NCBI GenBank assembly: GCA_002269645.1
Contig: NIVC01002007.1
Coordinates: 62,001 to 126,000, forward strand
DNA from: Macrostomum lignano
Taxonomy: Eukaryota
DNA: 64,000 bases
Direction of reading: 5' to 3'
Shown here: piece by piece, positions 53,301 through 64,000 of the stretch
Layout of the letters: each line of letters begins with the position of its first letter
Position numbering within the stretch: position 1 is the stretch's first letter
Translations under genes and position numbers: made by a program
The notes under the pieces: model-generated
Told to the model about the DNA's origin: nothing
The model's input: only the letters and a program-made list of their open reading frames with translations
Database searches by the model: none

Positions 53301-53712
53301 GATAAGAAGCTACAGAGTGATGAGATGAGATGCTACGGAGAGATGAGATGAGATGAGATAAGAAGCTACAGAGAGATGAGATAAGAAGCTACAGAGAGAT
53401 GAGATAAGAAGCTACAGAGAGATGAGATAAGAAGCTACAGAGAGATGAGATAAGAAGCTACAGAGAGATGAGATAAGAAGCTACAGAGAGATGAGATAAG
53501 AAGCTACAGAGAGATGAGATAAGAAGCTACAGAGTGATGAGATGAGATGCTACGGAGAGATGAGATGAGATGAGATAAGAAGCTACAGAGAGATGAGATA
53601 AGATGCTACAGAGAGATGAGATAAGAAGCTACAGAGAGATGAGATAAGAAGCTACAGAGAGATGAGATAAGAAGCTACAGAGAGATGAGATGAGATGCTA
53701 CAGAGAGATGAG
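50400..53712. repeat. About 3.3-kb compound satellite (gagagatgagataagaagctaca / gagagatgagatgctaca) with higher-order blocks
   Basis: Seen directly. It mixes 23-bp and 18-bp monomers with (gagat) expansions. Confidence 0.96.
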
Positions 53713-54384
53713 AAGCCATGACAACAGTCACAGCAAATCGGGTTAGGCGCTAATGCTAACAATAGAAATATGATTCCTTTCGCGGCTTACACGGCAACCG
53801 CGTGGCAACGGTGCTAAAATAACTCCCCCACACAGCCTGTAATCATTTCTCCCATGCCAAGGAAGAGAGATCCCTACGGCCATCGAAATCCGATGCCCAG
53901 GTGCCAACTGAATATTCGCAATGGATTTCTCAGCCACCTATTGGCCATGGTGGCCAATTTGAACAAAAAAACGGTTTTTTTCTATCGCTTCTCTACGGCT
54001 GAAAGCTGACACCCAAAGCGCAGCGATCTGATGCTTGTTCCGCAGGTCTGTTTGCTTTTTGGAAGACAATATTAATACCTGCAGAGCGACGACACCCAGG
54101 AAATGAACTTTGGAATGCTATTATAATTAATATAGAGCTAGTGGGTTGCTATCTCAGACTTGTAAGCAGATATTTGGTGGGTCCGGAGATATGTTGCTTT
54201 TAAGGTGAACTTTATTTATAGCCCATAGAGACACCGGCAACCGGAGACAAAGAGCGGTGAGTACTTTTTTGTTCTCCCGTTTTGGTCAGTTAATTTGGAC
54301 GATTCTTTGTTAGTCTTTGGCAGGGTGCCAATATCAGTTGTGGCTGAGTTCATGGTCTTAGGAGTGAGCTTATGAATGAGCTCA

Positions 54385-55795
54385 TATGTGAGTTAATGAG
54401 TGACTTCATGAGAGTGACTTCATGAGAGTGACTTCATGAGAGTGACTTCATGAGAGTGACTTCATGAGAGTGACTTCATGAGAGTGACTTCATGAGAGTG
54501 ACTTCATGAGAGTGACTTCATGAGAGTGACTTCATGAGAGAGTGACTTCATGAGAGAGTGACTTCATGAGAGAGTGACTTCATGAGAGTGACAAGAGAGA
54601 GTGACTTCATGAGAGAGTGACTTCATGAGAGAGAGACTTCATGAGAGAGTGACTTCATGAGAGAGTGACTTCATGAGAGAGTGACTTCATGAGAGAGTGA
54701 CTTCATGAGAGAGTGACTTCATGAGAGAGTGACTTCATGAGAGAGTGACTTCATGAGAGAGTGACTTCATGAGAGAGTGACTTCATGAGAGAGTGACTTC
54801 ATGAGAGAGTGACTTCATGAGAGAGTAACTTCATGAGAGTGACTTCATGAGAGTGACAAGAGAGAGTGACTTCATGAGAGAGTGACTTCATGAGAGAGAG
54901 ACTTCATGAGAGAGTGACTTCATGAGAGAGTGACTTCATGAGAGAGTGACTTCATGAGAGAGTGACTTCATGAGAGAGTGACTTCATGAGAGAGTGACTT
55001 CATGAGAGAGTGACTTCATGAGAGAGTGACTTCATGAGAGAGTGACTTCATGAGAGAGTGACTTCATGAGAGAGTGACTTCATGAGAGAGTGACTTCATG
55101 AGAGAGTGACTTCATGAGAGTGACAAGAGAGAGTGACTTCATGAGAGATTGACTTCATGAGAGATTGACTTCATGAGAGAGAGACTTCATGAGAGAGTGA
55201 CTTCATGAGAGAGTGACTTCATGAGAGAGTGACTTCATGAGAGAGTGACTTCATGAGAGAGTGACTTCATGAGAGAGTGACTTCATGAGAGAGTGACTTC
55301 ATGAGAGAGTAACTTCATGAGAGTGACAAGAGAGAGTGACTACATGAGAGAGTGACTTCATGAGAGAGTGACTTCATGAGAGAGTGACTTCATGAGAGAG
55401 TGACTTCATGAGAGAGTGACTTCATGAGAGAGTGACTTCATGAGAGAGAGACTTCATGAGAGAGAGACTTCATGAGAGAGTGACTTCATGAGAGAGTGAC
55501 TTCATGAGAGAGTGACTTCATGAGAGAGTGACTTCATGAGAGAGTGACTTCATGAGAGAGAGACTTCATGAGAGAGTGACTTCATGAGAGAGTGACTTCA
55601 TGAGAGAGTGACTTCATGAGAGAGTGACTTCATGAGAGAGAGACTTCATGAGAGAGAGACTTCATGAGAGAGTGACTTCATGAGAGAGTGACTTCATGAG
55701 AGAGTGACTTCATGAGAGAGAGACTTGATGAGAGAGTGACTTCATGAGAGGGTGACCATATGAGAGAGTGGACTTTATGAGTGACATTATGAGTG
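54385..55795. repeat. 14/16-bp minisatellite (gagagtgacttcat / gagagagtgacttcat)
   Basis: Seen directly. Confidence 0.96.
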
Positions 55796-56271
55796 ACTTC
55801 GCGAGATTCTCAAAAATTGTTAGAGCGTTAGATTTCGGGCACTCTGCGGCCAGCACTTATTTTAATTTCATTTAATTGGGGCTGTTTGCAGGCACTCCAC
55901 GCCTAGCTCATTAATAATTAAGTATTTATTAGACTTCTACCGCTACCCAACCGTATCGAACATGGAGTCGAGTTTGTACACACAACACACGCATCTGGGA
56001 GCCACCAGTCCTCTCTCCCCCTTGCCCCATCACAAAACTGAGCCATGGGGTCAATTGAGCGCGCGAATCAAGTTATTTGCCGAGTTGTAGCAAAGTCCTC
56101 GAGCATCGACGCTCCTGCACGGCGTATGCTGCTTAATAATAGGTAGACATGAGGCGTGCATTCAGTGTTTGCTCAGGGATCTGAGGGTGTTTCAGCTCAT
56201 GGCACTATTGATATTCTGCATATTTAGCATGCTATATGGTCCTATAGGAGTGTTGGCTGCTTTATTTTAAA

Positions 56272-57065
56272 GAGCGCCAAGGTTATTATCAGGGTCGCCA
56301 AGGTCATTGTGAGGGGCGCCAAGGTCATTGTGAGGGGCGCCAAGGTCATTGTGAGGGGCGCCAAGGTCATTGTGAGGGGCGCCGCCAAGGTCATTATCAG
56401 GGGCGCCAAGGTCATTATCAGGGGTGCCAAGGTCATTGTGAGGAGCGCCAAGGTCATTGTGAGGGGCGCCAAGCCCAAAGTCATTATCAGGGGCACCTCC
56501 AAGGTCCCCTGGGTGCCAAGGTCATTGTGAGGGGCGCCAAGGTCATTGTGAGGAGCGCCAAGGTCATTGTGAGGGGCGCCAAGCCCAAAGTCATTATCAG
56601 GGGCACCTCCAAGGTCATTATGAGGGGCGCCTCCAAGGTCATTATCAGGGGCGCCAAGGTCATTATCAGGGGCGCTTCCACAGTCATTATCAGGGGCGCC
56701 AGGGTCATTATCAGGGGCGCCGCCAAGGTCATTATCAGGGGCAGCAAGGTCATTATGAGGGGCGCTTCCAAGGTCATTATCAGGGGCGCCAGGGTCATTA
56801 TCAGGGGCGCCGCCAAGGTCACTATCAGGGGCGGGCCAAGCTCATTATCAGGGGCGCCGCCAAGGTCATTATCACGGGGAGCCGCCAAGGTCATTATCAG
56901 GGGTGCCAAGGTCATTATCAGGGGTGCCAAAGTCATTATCAGGGGCGCCGCCAAGGTCATTATCAGGGGTGCCAAAGTCATTATCAGGGGCGCCAAGGTC
57001 ATTATCAGGGGTGCCAAGGTGATTATCAGGGGCGCCAAGGTCTTTATCAGGGGCGACAAGGTCAC
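56272..57065. repeat. ~21-bp minisatellite (aaggtcattatcaggggcgcc)
   Basis: Seen directly. The GAKVIIR ORFs are artefacts. It ends about 400 bp upstream of the Six3/6 ATG. Confidence 0.93.
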
Positions 57066-57463
57066 AATTAGATGCCAAGATGGTCATAAAGAAGAGCGTC
57101 ATGTTGCGGTCGGTCAGAAGACGCCAAAACTAGGCAAGCCTGCAATCTACAGCTTTCTCGATCATTTAGCCGCGTTGGATATGGGAACTGCTTCTCCCCT
57201 CTCCCACCCTCAGACCCAGCAGCCAATTGCAAGCGCTGCAGTCTCGGATGAGGCGTCCAGCATCAAAACCCTGGCAGCCAATGGCGCCCCGGCCCGCAAT
57301 TCCGGCCCCCTCTGCCCCCGCCGCCACCCCCGCCCTCTTCTAAAAGAGAAATCGGCCGCTCAAGCAAGAGAAGACCCACAACAGCAAAGCCGCTCAGAGA
57401 CAAATTTGAAACAGAAGAAAATTCAAGCTGGATAGCAACACGGAGCGGCTCCTTCACGACTTG

Positions 57464-58188
57464 ATGAAGGACAGGAAACTGGCGCTGCAACATCTGGTCG
57501 GAATGCAGCAGCAGCAGCAGCAGCCGCCAGCTCCGCAGTCGCCGCAGTCGCCAACACAGCAGCAGCAGCAGCCGCCGCCGCCGCCTCCGCCGCCGCCGCC
57601 ACCGCCGCTCTTCCTGCCGCCTCCGCTGCCGTCGCTGCAGTTCAGCCCCGACCAGGTTGGCCGCGTCTGCGAGACCCTGGAAGAGTCCGGCGACATCGAA
57701 CGGCTCGGCCGGTTCCTCTGGTCGTTGCCAGCCAATCCGCTGCTGTGGGAGGCGCTGAACCGTCAGGAGTCCATCCTGAGGGCCCGCGCCATTGTGGCCT
57801 TCCACACCGGCAACTACAGGGAGATGTACCACCTCATGGAGCTGCACCACTTCGGCAAGGAGTCGCACGCTAAGCTGCAGACTCTGTGGCTGGAGGCGCA
57901 CTACCTGGAGGCCGAGAAGCTCCGGGGCCGCCCTCTCGGGCCGGTGGACAAGTACCGGGTGCGCAAGAAGTACCCGATGCCCCGGACCATCTGGGACGGC
58001 GAGCAGAAGACGCACTGTTTCAAGGAGCGAACCAGAGGCCTGCTGCGCGAGTGGTACCTGCAGGACCCGTACCCCAACCCGGCCAAGAAGCGGGAGCTGG
58101 CCTCGGCCACGGGCCTGACGCCCACCCAGGTTGGCAACTGGTTCAAGAATCGGAGGCAGCGCGACCGGGCCGCGGCGGCCAAGAACAG
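57464..58188 (+). CDS. SIX3: SIX3/6 (Optix) homeobox transcription factor, exon 1 (SIX domain plus homeodomain)
   Basis: [92 protein letters not shown]. The QKTH tetrapeptide is diagnostic for Six3/6. Donor AG|GTGAG follows KNR as in other Six3 genes. Exon 2 was not identified. Confidence 0.97.
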
Positions 58189-58329
58189 GTGAGAGTTTTA
58201 ATCTGCGCTTGAGGAGAAAACTAGAGATGCTGGTTAGATGACGCAAATGCAGGTGTTTAGATGTCTTAGGTCTTGGTTCTAGATCTAAGATATACAGCTA
58301 AGCGAGGTGTTCTTATAGATGCTACTTGG

Positions 58330-59355
58330 TGAGGTGTCTAGATGCCTAGATGCTACTTAGTGAGGTGTCTATATATGCCGGTTAGTGAGGTGTCTAGATG
58401 CCGGTTAGTGAATGGTGTCTAGATGCCGGTTAGTGAATGGTGTCTAGATGCCGGTTAGTGAATGGTGTCTAGATGCCGCTTAGTGAGGTGTCTAGATGCC
58501 GCTTAGTGAATGGTTTCTAGATGCCGCTTAGTGAATGGTGTCTAGATGCCGCTTAGTGAATGGTTTCTAGATGCCGCTTAGTGAGGTGTCTAGATGCCGC
58601 TTAGTGAATGGTTTCTAGATGCCGCTTAGTGAATGGTGTCTAGATGCCGCTTAGTGAATGGTTTCTAGATGCCGCTTAGTGAATGGTGTCTAGATGCCGC
58701 TTAGTGAATGGTGTCTAGATGCCGCTTAGTGAATGGTTTCTAGATGCCGCTTAGTGAATGGTGTCTAGATGCCGCTTAGTGAATGGTGTCTAGATGCCGC
58801 TTAGTGAATGGTTTCTAGATGCCGCTTAGTGAATGGTGTCTAGATGCCGCTTAGTGAATGGTGTCTAGATGCCGGTTAGTGAGGTGTCTAGATGCCGGTT
58901 AGTGAATTGTGTCTAGATGCCGCTTAGTGAATGGTGTCTAGATGCCGCTTAGTGAATGGTGTCTAGATGCCGCTTAGTGAATGGTGTCTAGATGCCGCTT
59001 AGTGAGGTGTCTAGATGCCGCTTAGTGAGGTGTCTAGATGCCGCTTAGTGAGGTGTCTAGATGCCGCTTAGTGAATGGTATCCAGATGCCGCTTAGTGAG
59101 GTGTCTAGATGCCGCTTAGTGAATGGTGTCTAGATGCCGCTTAGTGAATGGTGTCTAGATGCCGCTTAGTGAGGTGTCTAGATGCCGCTTAGTGAATGGT
59201 GTCTAGATGCCGCTTAGTGAGGTGTCTAGATGCCGCTTAGTGAATGGTATCCAGATGCCGCTTAGTGAGGTGTCTAGATGCCGGTTAGTGAATGGTGTCT
59301 AGATGCCGCTTAGTGAGGTGTCTAGATGCCGCTTAGTGAGATGTCTAGGTGTCTA
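58330..59355. repeat. 23-25-bp intronic minisatellite (gtgtctagatgccgcttagtgaatg)
   Basis: Seen directly in Six3/6 intron 1. Confidence 0.95.
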
Positions 59356-60579
59356 CTCTAGATGAGGTAGTTCGGAGGGTGTGTCTAGACTGCACTGTTG
59401 TCAGTCAGTCAGTCAGTGAGTGACTGACCCCAACTGCAAATTGGGGTCAGTCACCGATGCGGTGAACAGAGCAAGTTGTTGGATCTGTATAGGAATCTTC
59501 TACGTGTATTCAAGGGCGGCAACAGGACAGTCCTCCAGCCATTATTCAGCTGAAAAAAACTTTCCCTTAAAAAACATTTCCCCATGCAATTCAGGCCTCT
59601 CAAGGTCCTCCGCTCTGCAGCTGAGGTTTATTGTTCCCAAACACTGTGCCAGCCTCAATGCCTCATCAAATGCCATAGCATGCAGTCGCGCATCTTTGTC
59701 GCAGGGGGTGGGGGCAGCTCCTCCTTTATTTTTCGCTGACACACGGCTATTGCCTGTTGTTTCAATTGCTTCTAGTAGCAGCGGCAGTCATACATGCACT
59801 TGAAGGGACTCCTTTCCAAGAATCCATCAGTTGCATTGGTGTGTCTCTGTAGTATTTTTTCTTTCACCTATCCTGAGTGTAAGGCATCTATCCCCACCCC
59901 ATGCTGTGGGACTGCGGCGTCAGACAGTCTGGCTGCTGAGAGAGACAGCAGAGGAGGGGGTGGGGGCGGGGCCGGCCCAGCAACAGAACCCCCATTATCT
60001 CACTTTATAAGGCGCCAATGCAAGTCTTTTATAAAAGTTGTGCAGCGTGCAGTGCAGAGCAGATGACTGAGATGTCACCTCGCCTCAGATGCCGTGACAG
60101 GTCCATCAGAATTGGCCCTCTATGCCACTCTGATATTATCTACATCTCACTTGAATCTTTGAGTGAGACATGTATATAGCTACCTTGGAATTGTATTTTT
60201 ACATTGCCAATTTGCTACAGACTGCAATAAGCAGAGATGGACAGCTATACTCGAGTCTTGCTGCACTGCGCGGAGATAATAGCATCGCAAGGGTCTCAAG
60301 ATGACAGCTTAACCCAACCAATCCCTCGGCCCCCCCCACTGCTCAAGTGGATGCTTCCAAAAAATGAAAAAAAACAGCAGTATAAACCATGCATGATGTG
60401 CGGCTCAAGTTCTGTGACAGGTCATAACTTTAAAGACATCGTATTTGCAAATAACAAACTGTTTAAATAAGTTGACCTGGAAACTTTTCGACCGTAAGAG
60501 AATAGTTCATATAACAATATAGTGACATGCAGCTTTTAAACTAAAAGAAAACAATCTATTAAATTTCAGAGAACCCAAC

Positions 60580-61380
60580 CAAAGCCCTTATAAACCTAAA
60601 CCCATATAAACATAAACCTCAACCTAAAATTAACCCATATAAACGTCCAGACCTAAACTAAACCCATATAAACCTCCCAACCTAAACTAAATCCATATAA
60701 ACCTCCCAACCTAAACTAAACCCATATGAACCTCCCAACCTAAACTAAACCCATATAAACCTCCCAACCTAAACTAAATCCATATAAACCTCCCAACCTA
60801 AACTAAACCCATATGAACCTCCCAACCTAAACTAAACCCATATAAACCTCCCAACCTAAACTAAACCCAAATAAACCTCCCAACCTAAACTAAACCCATA
60901 TAAACCTCCCAACCTAAACTAAACCCAAAGAAACCTCCCAACCTAAACTAAACCCATATAAACCTCCCAACCTAAACTAAACCCATATGAACCTCCCAAC
61001 CTAAACTAAACCCATATGAACCTCCCAACCTAAACTAAACCCATATGAACCTCCCAACCTAAACTAAAGCCATATAACCTCCAACCTAAACTAAAGCCAT
61101 AACCTAAAGTAAACACCATATAAACTTAAACCCCAACCTAAACTAAACCCATATAACCCCCAACATAAACTAAAGCCATATAAACCTCCCAACCTAAACT
61201 AAACCCATATAAACCTCCCAACCTAAACTAAACCCATATAAACCTCCCAACCTAAACTAAACCCATATAAACCTCCCAACCTAAACTAAAGCCATATAAA
61301 CCTCCCAACCTAAACTAAAGCCATAACCTAAAGTAAACACCATATAAACTTAAACCTAAACCTAAACTAAAACCATTTGA
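60580..61380. repeat. 29-bp minisatellite (aaacctcccaacctaaactaaacccatat)
   Basis: Seen directly. Confidence 0.93.
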
Positions 61381-62209
61381 AAAATCCCGAAAACACATGA
61401 TAAATTCATCAAGATTTACCTGAAACAATAATAAGCTGCTACAGAACAGCTCTATTTTTGAACTGATTTTATAGTCTGGCCGCCAAGCAATAAAGTTTTG
61501 AGTGTAGGCATTGAAATTAAATTCGATTAATTGGTATGATGAAGCCCCAAAAGTGAGAAAGACTTATTACCAGTCTATAAAAATAGCTCCACCGGTATAG
61601 ACAGACACACAGACTGCATGGAGAGGACGGGGGGGTGGGCGATATCGTGACTGTAATAATTACACAATAATTGAGACCCGAGCTTGTGATGGCTGGGGTT
61701 TGGTATCCAGCCGCCCGAACCCCCAACCCCCATTTTTAACACCCTTGCAACCCCGCTGAGAGAGTAATAGGAATCCTGGCTGGTGTCTAAAATTGCACAA
61801 TACGGCGCCCCAGACTGTCTATGGCCCAGCCCGCCTCGCCCGCATTACCTCCGCCTCCCATATGGTCCGTCTTCTAGAATATAACATAATAATAGATATC
61901 AACATAATCTCGCGAATTAGATTGCTTCATAGTCATTCATAATAGACGGTAGGAGCGTGTTAAGTTCGGTAAGCGCAGTTGGTGGTCCTTCTGACTCGAT
62001 TCTATCGGCTTGTTCATATCGAATTGTGCCAATATTTGCTTTAGCTGTATAGGGCGTGTAGCGTTAGATGGTCCTCGCGGTGAGTTTGGAATTGGGGAAG
62101 CTGGTTTTGCACCGTCCACTATAGTTTAGTCTACTGTTGATGTTGCTAATCTTAAGTCTGTGCCACTTTTCAAGATTTGAGTGCAAATTTTAAAAGATCC
62201 AAGAGTGTC

Positions 62210-62745
62210 ATTTTGAATATTAGAGCTCCATTCCGAAAATTAATGTGCCATTTTAAATATTCGAGTGCTTTTATTGAAAGTTAGAGTGCCATTTTAAATA
62301 TCAGAGGGCCATTTTTTAATATCAGAGTGCCATTTTTGAATATCCGAGTGCCATTTTTAATATCAGAGTGCCATTTTAAATGTCAGAGTGCCATTTTAAA
62401 TATCAGAGTGCCATTTTAAATATCAGAGTGCCACTTTGAATATCAGAGTGCCATTTTTTAATATCGGAGTGCCATTTTGAATATCCGAGTGTTATTTTGA
62501 ATATCAGAGTGCCATTTTAAATATCGGAGTGCCATTTTGAATATTAGAGTGCCATTTTAAATATCAGAGTGTCCTTTTTAATATCAGAGTGCCATTTTTA
62601 TTATCAGAGTGCCATTTTGAGTATCAGGGTGCCATTTTTGGATACCAGAATGCCATTTTGAATATCAGAATGCCATTTTGAATATCCGAGTTGCTATTTT
62701 GAATATCAGAATGCCATTTTTGAAATATCAGGGCGCCATTTTGCC
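62210..62745. repeat. 20-21-bp degenerate minisatellite (gtgccattttaaatatcaga)
   Basis: Seen directly. Confidence 0.9.
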
Positions 62746-64000
62746 TCTATGCCTGCGTATACATAGGTAGGTACAAAAGTCTCTAACATATCCATGCGCT
62801 AAGCAGCATGTTTAAGCAAAGTTTTGATAGCCACTGAGAGAACCTGTCAATCACTCTTCAATCACACCAACTCAAGCTTTCAAACTGCAGCGCCTCAGTC
62901 TCCCTTGTGAGGCGAGAAGGCAGCAAAGGGCCAACACCTCCCAGCCCCTGGAGTCCCTTTTTGGCAAATGCAACAATTCAAATAATGAATAATTAATTAT
63001 GTGAGCCAGCTAACTGACTGGTCCGCAATATGCCGGAGCATGGGGCACCCCAGCTGTGAGCAGCCGAACAGTGTGCTCAATACGCTCAAGTTGCAGCCAC
63101 TGCTTGGGAACTATGGTACTCAGATTAGATAAGCAAGGAATTCCAGACCTAGTAACTGTTCTCAAAGATTTTTGAGTCAATGAAATCGGGAATAGAACAG
63201 CAGTATTTATTCATTTAAAATTTTTAACCCACATAAATTAATAGAGTTGGTCGGCTTCCAAATCTCCTGCTTCCATATTTCCATGCAACACCTCCGGTTG
63301 AAAGATGAAACGAAAAAAATCTGATTAAAAATTGAATCGGGGAATTTTATTTAAAGAAAATATCCTACTCGGGATCGTGATGTCTAACAATGCCCTCACA
63401 GGTGACAGGGGCGTAAATGCGGAACTGAGAGTCAATAGGACTGTATCATGGGAAAGCTCATGCAGGGGGGATTATTATCCCCAGGTGTAAGATGAAAGGG
63501 GCTTGAAATCGTGACCGTTAATTGTGTCCCTGCTACGCTTGCGCAGCCTCCTCTAATCTCTTCATCGTTGACTTCTCATCCTAAAGGCTCATTTTCGCCT
63601 CCCGTGACGGTGGGGGGGGGGAGGCAAGAAGCCCCTGTGATTACGGATTGCCCGTCGTGTGTGGGTGTGAGCAGCCCATTGATCCGCTGCTCAGAGGTGC
63701 TGCCGGTAGGGCCGGACGTGCGAAAACTTGAAGGCAAAGAGCGCTGATTACAGCTTACAGTTTTGCTAGCAGGTGTAATAGGTGCGCCAGTTTTGTCAGC
63801 TTCTTTCAAAAACTCCTGCATTGTCTATAATTCTATTGTTTAATGGGCCGTCACCGTATACTCTCTTGGTCAATATTTTTTTTCCCCTATTGGGAGAACG
63901 CGATGAGCGGGATTTGTAATTTTTCATTCAGTGTGGCGAGTGTTTTTTTAGAGTTGTGGCGCTATTTTGTGGTTTAGTTGTGGCGCTATTTCGTAGTTTA

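Noticed and set aside
60237-60470. Short ORF with CMMC..GHN (zinc-knuckle-like) as a transposon remnant or Six3 exon 2
   Set aside because: The fourth ligand is missing, no transposase motif is nearby, and no convincing phase-2 acceptor links it to Six3 exon 1.
62880-63000. Candidate Six3/6 exon 2 after aaactgcag
   Set aside because: The phase fits, but the peptide is short and unrecognisable, so it cannot be supported without transcripts.

Overview
Eukaryotic (metazoan) genomic DNA with spliced genes, GC-rich exons and introns packed with tandem repeats. The style suggests a free-living flatworm such as Macrostomum, which is inference only. Genes supported from the sequence: a Tob/BTG antiproliferative gene (+, 6.8-8.8 kb); a 5-exon ZNF106-like zinc-finger/coiled-coil/WD40 gene (-, 10.4-22.2 kb) with an intronless class A GPCR and a tRNA-derived CORE-type SINE inside its largest intron; a compact MPHOSPH9-like centriolar coiled-coil gene (+, 24.9-27.8 kb) whose reading frame appears to need a GC-AG intron; three tandem caspase-fold modules that all lack the His/Cys catalytic dyad and can be spliced in frame into one protein (+, 29.9-35.4 kb); and exon 1 of Six3/6 (Optix; +, 57.5-58.2 kb). 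A ~21 kb gene-poor stretch of alternating satellite arrays and short unique islands lies upstream of Six3/6. About 35 micro/minisatellite arrays are present, and most long ORFs in the ORF track are artefacts of them. No CRISPR, rRNA or intact tRNA was seen. The top candidate novelty is the triple pseudo-caspase locus. All family assignments come from recalled motifs, not database searches.
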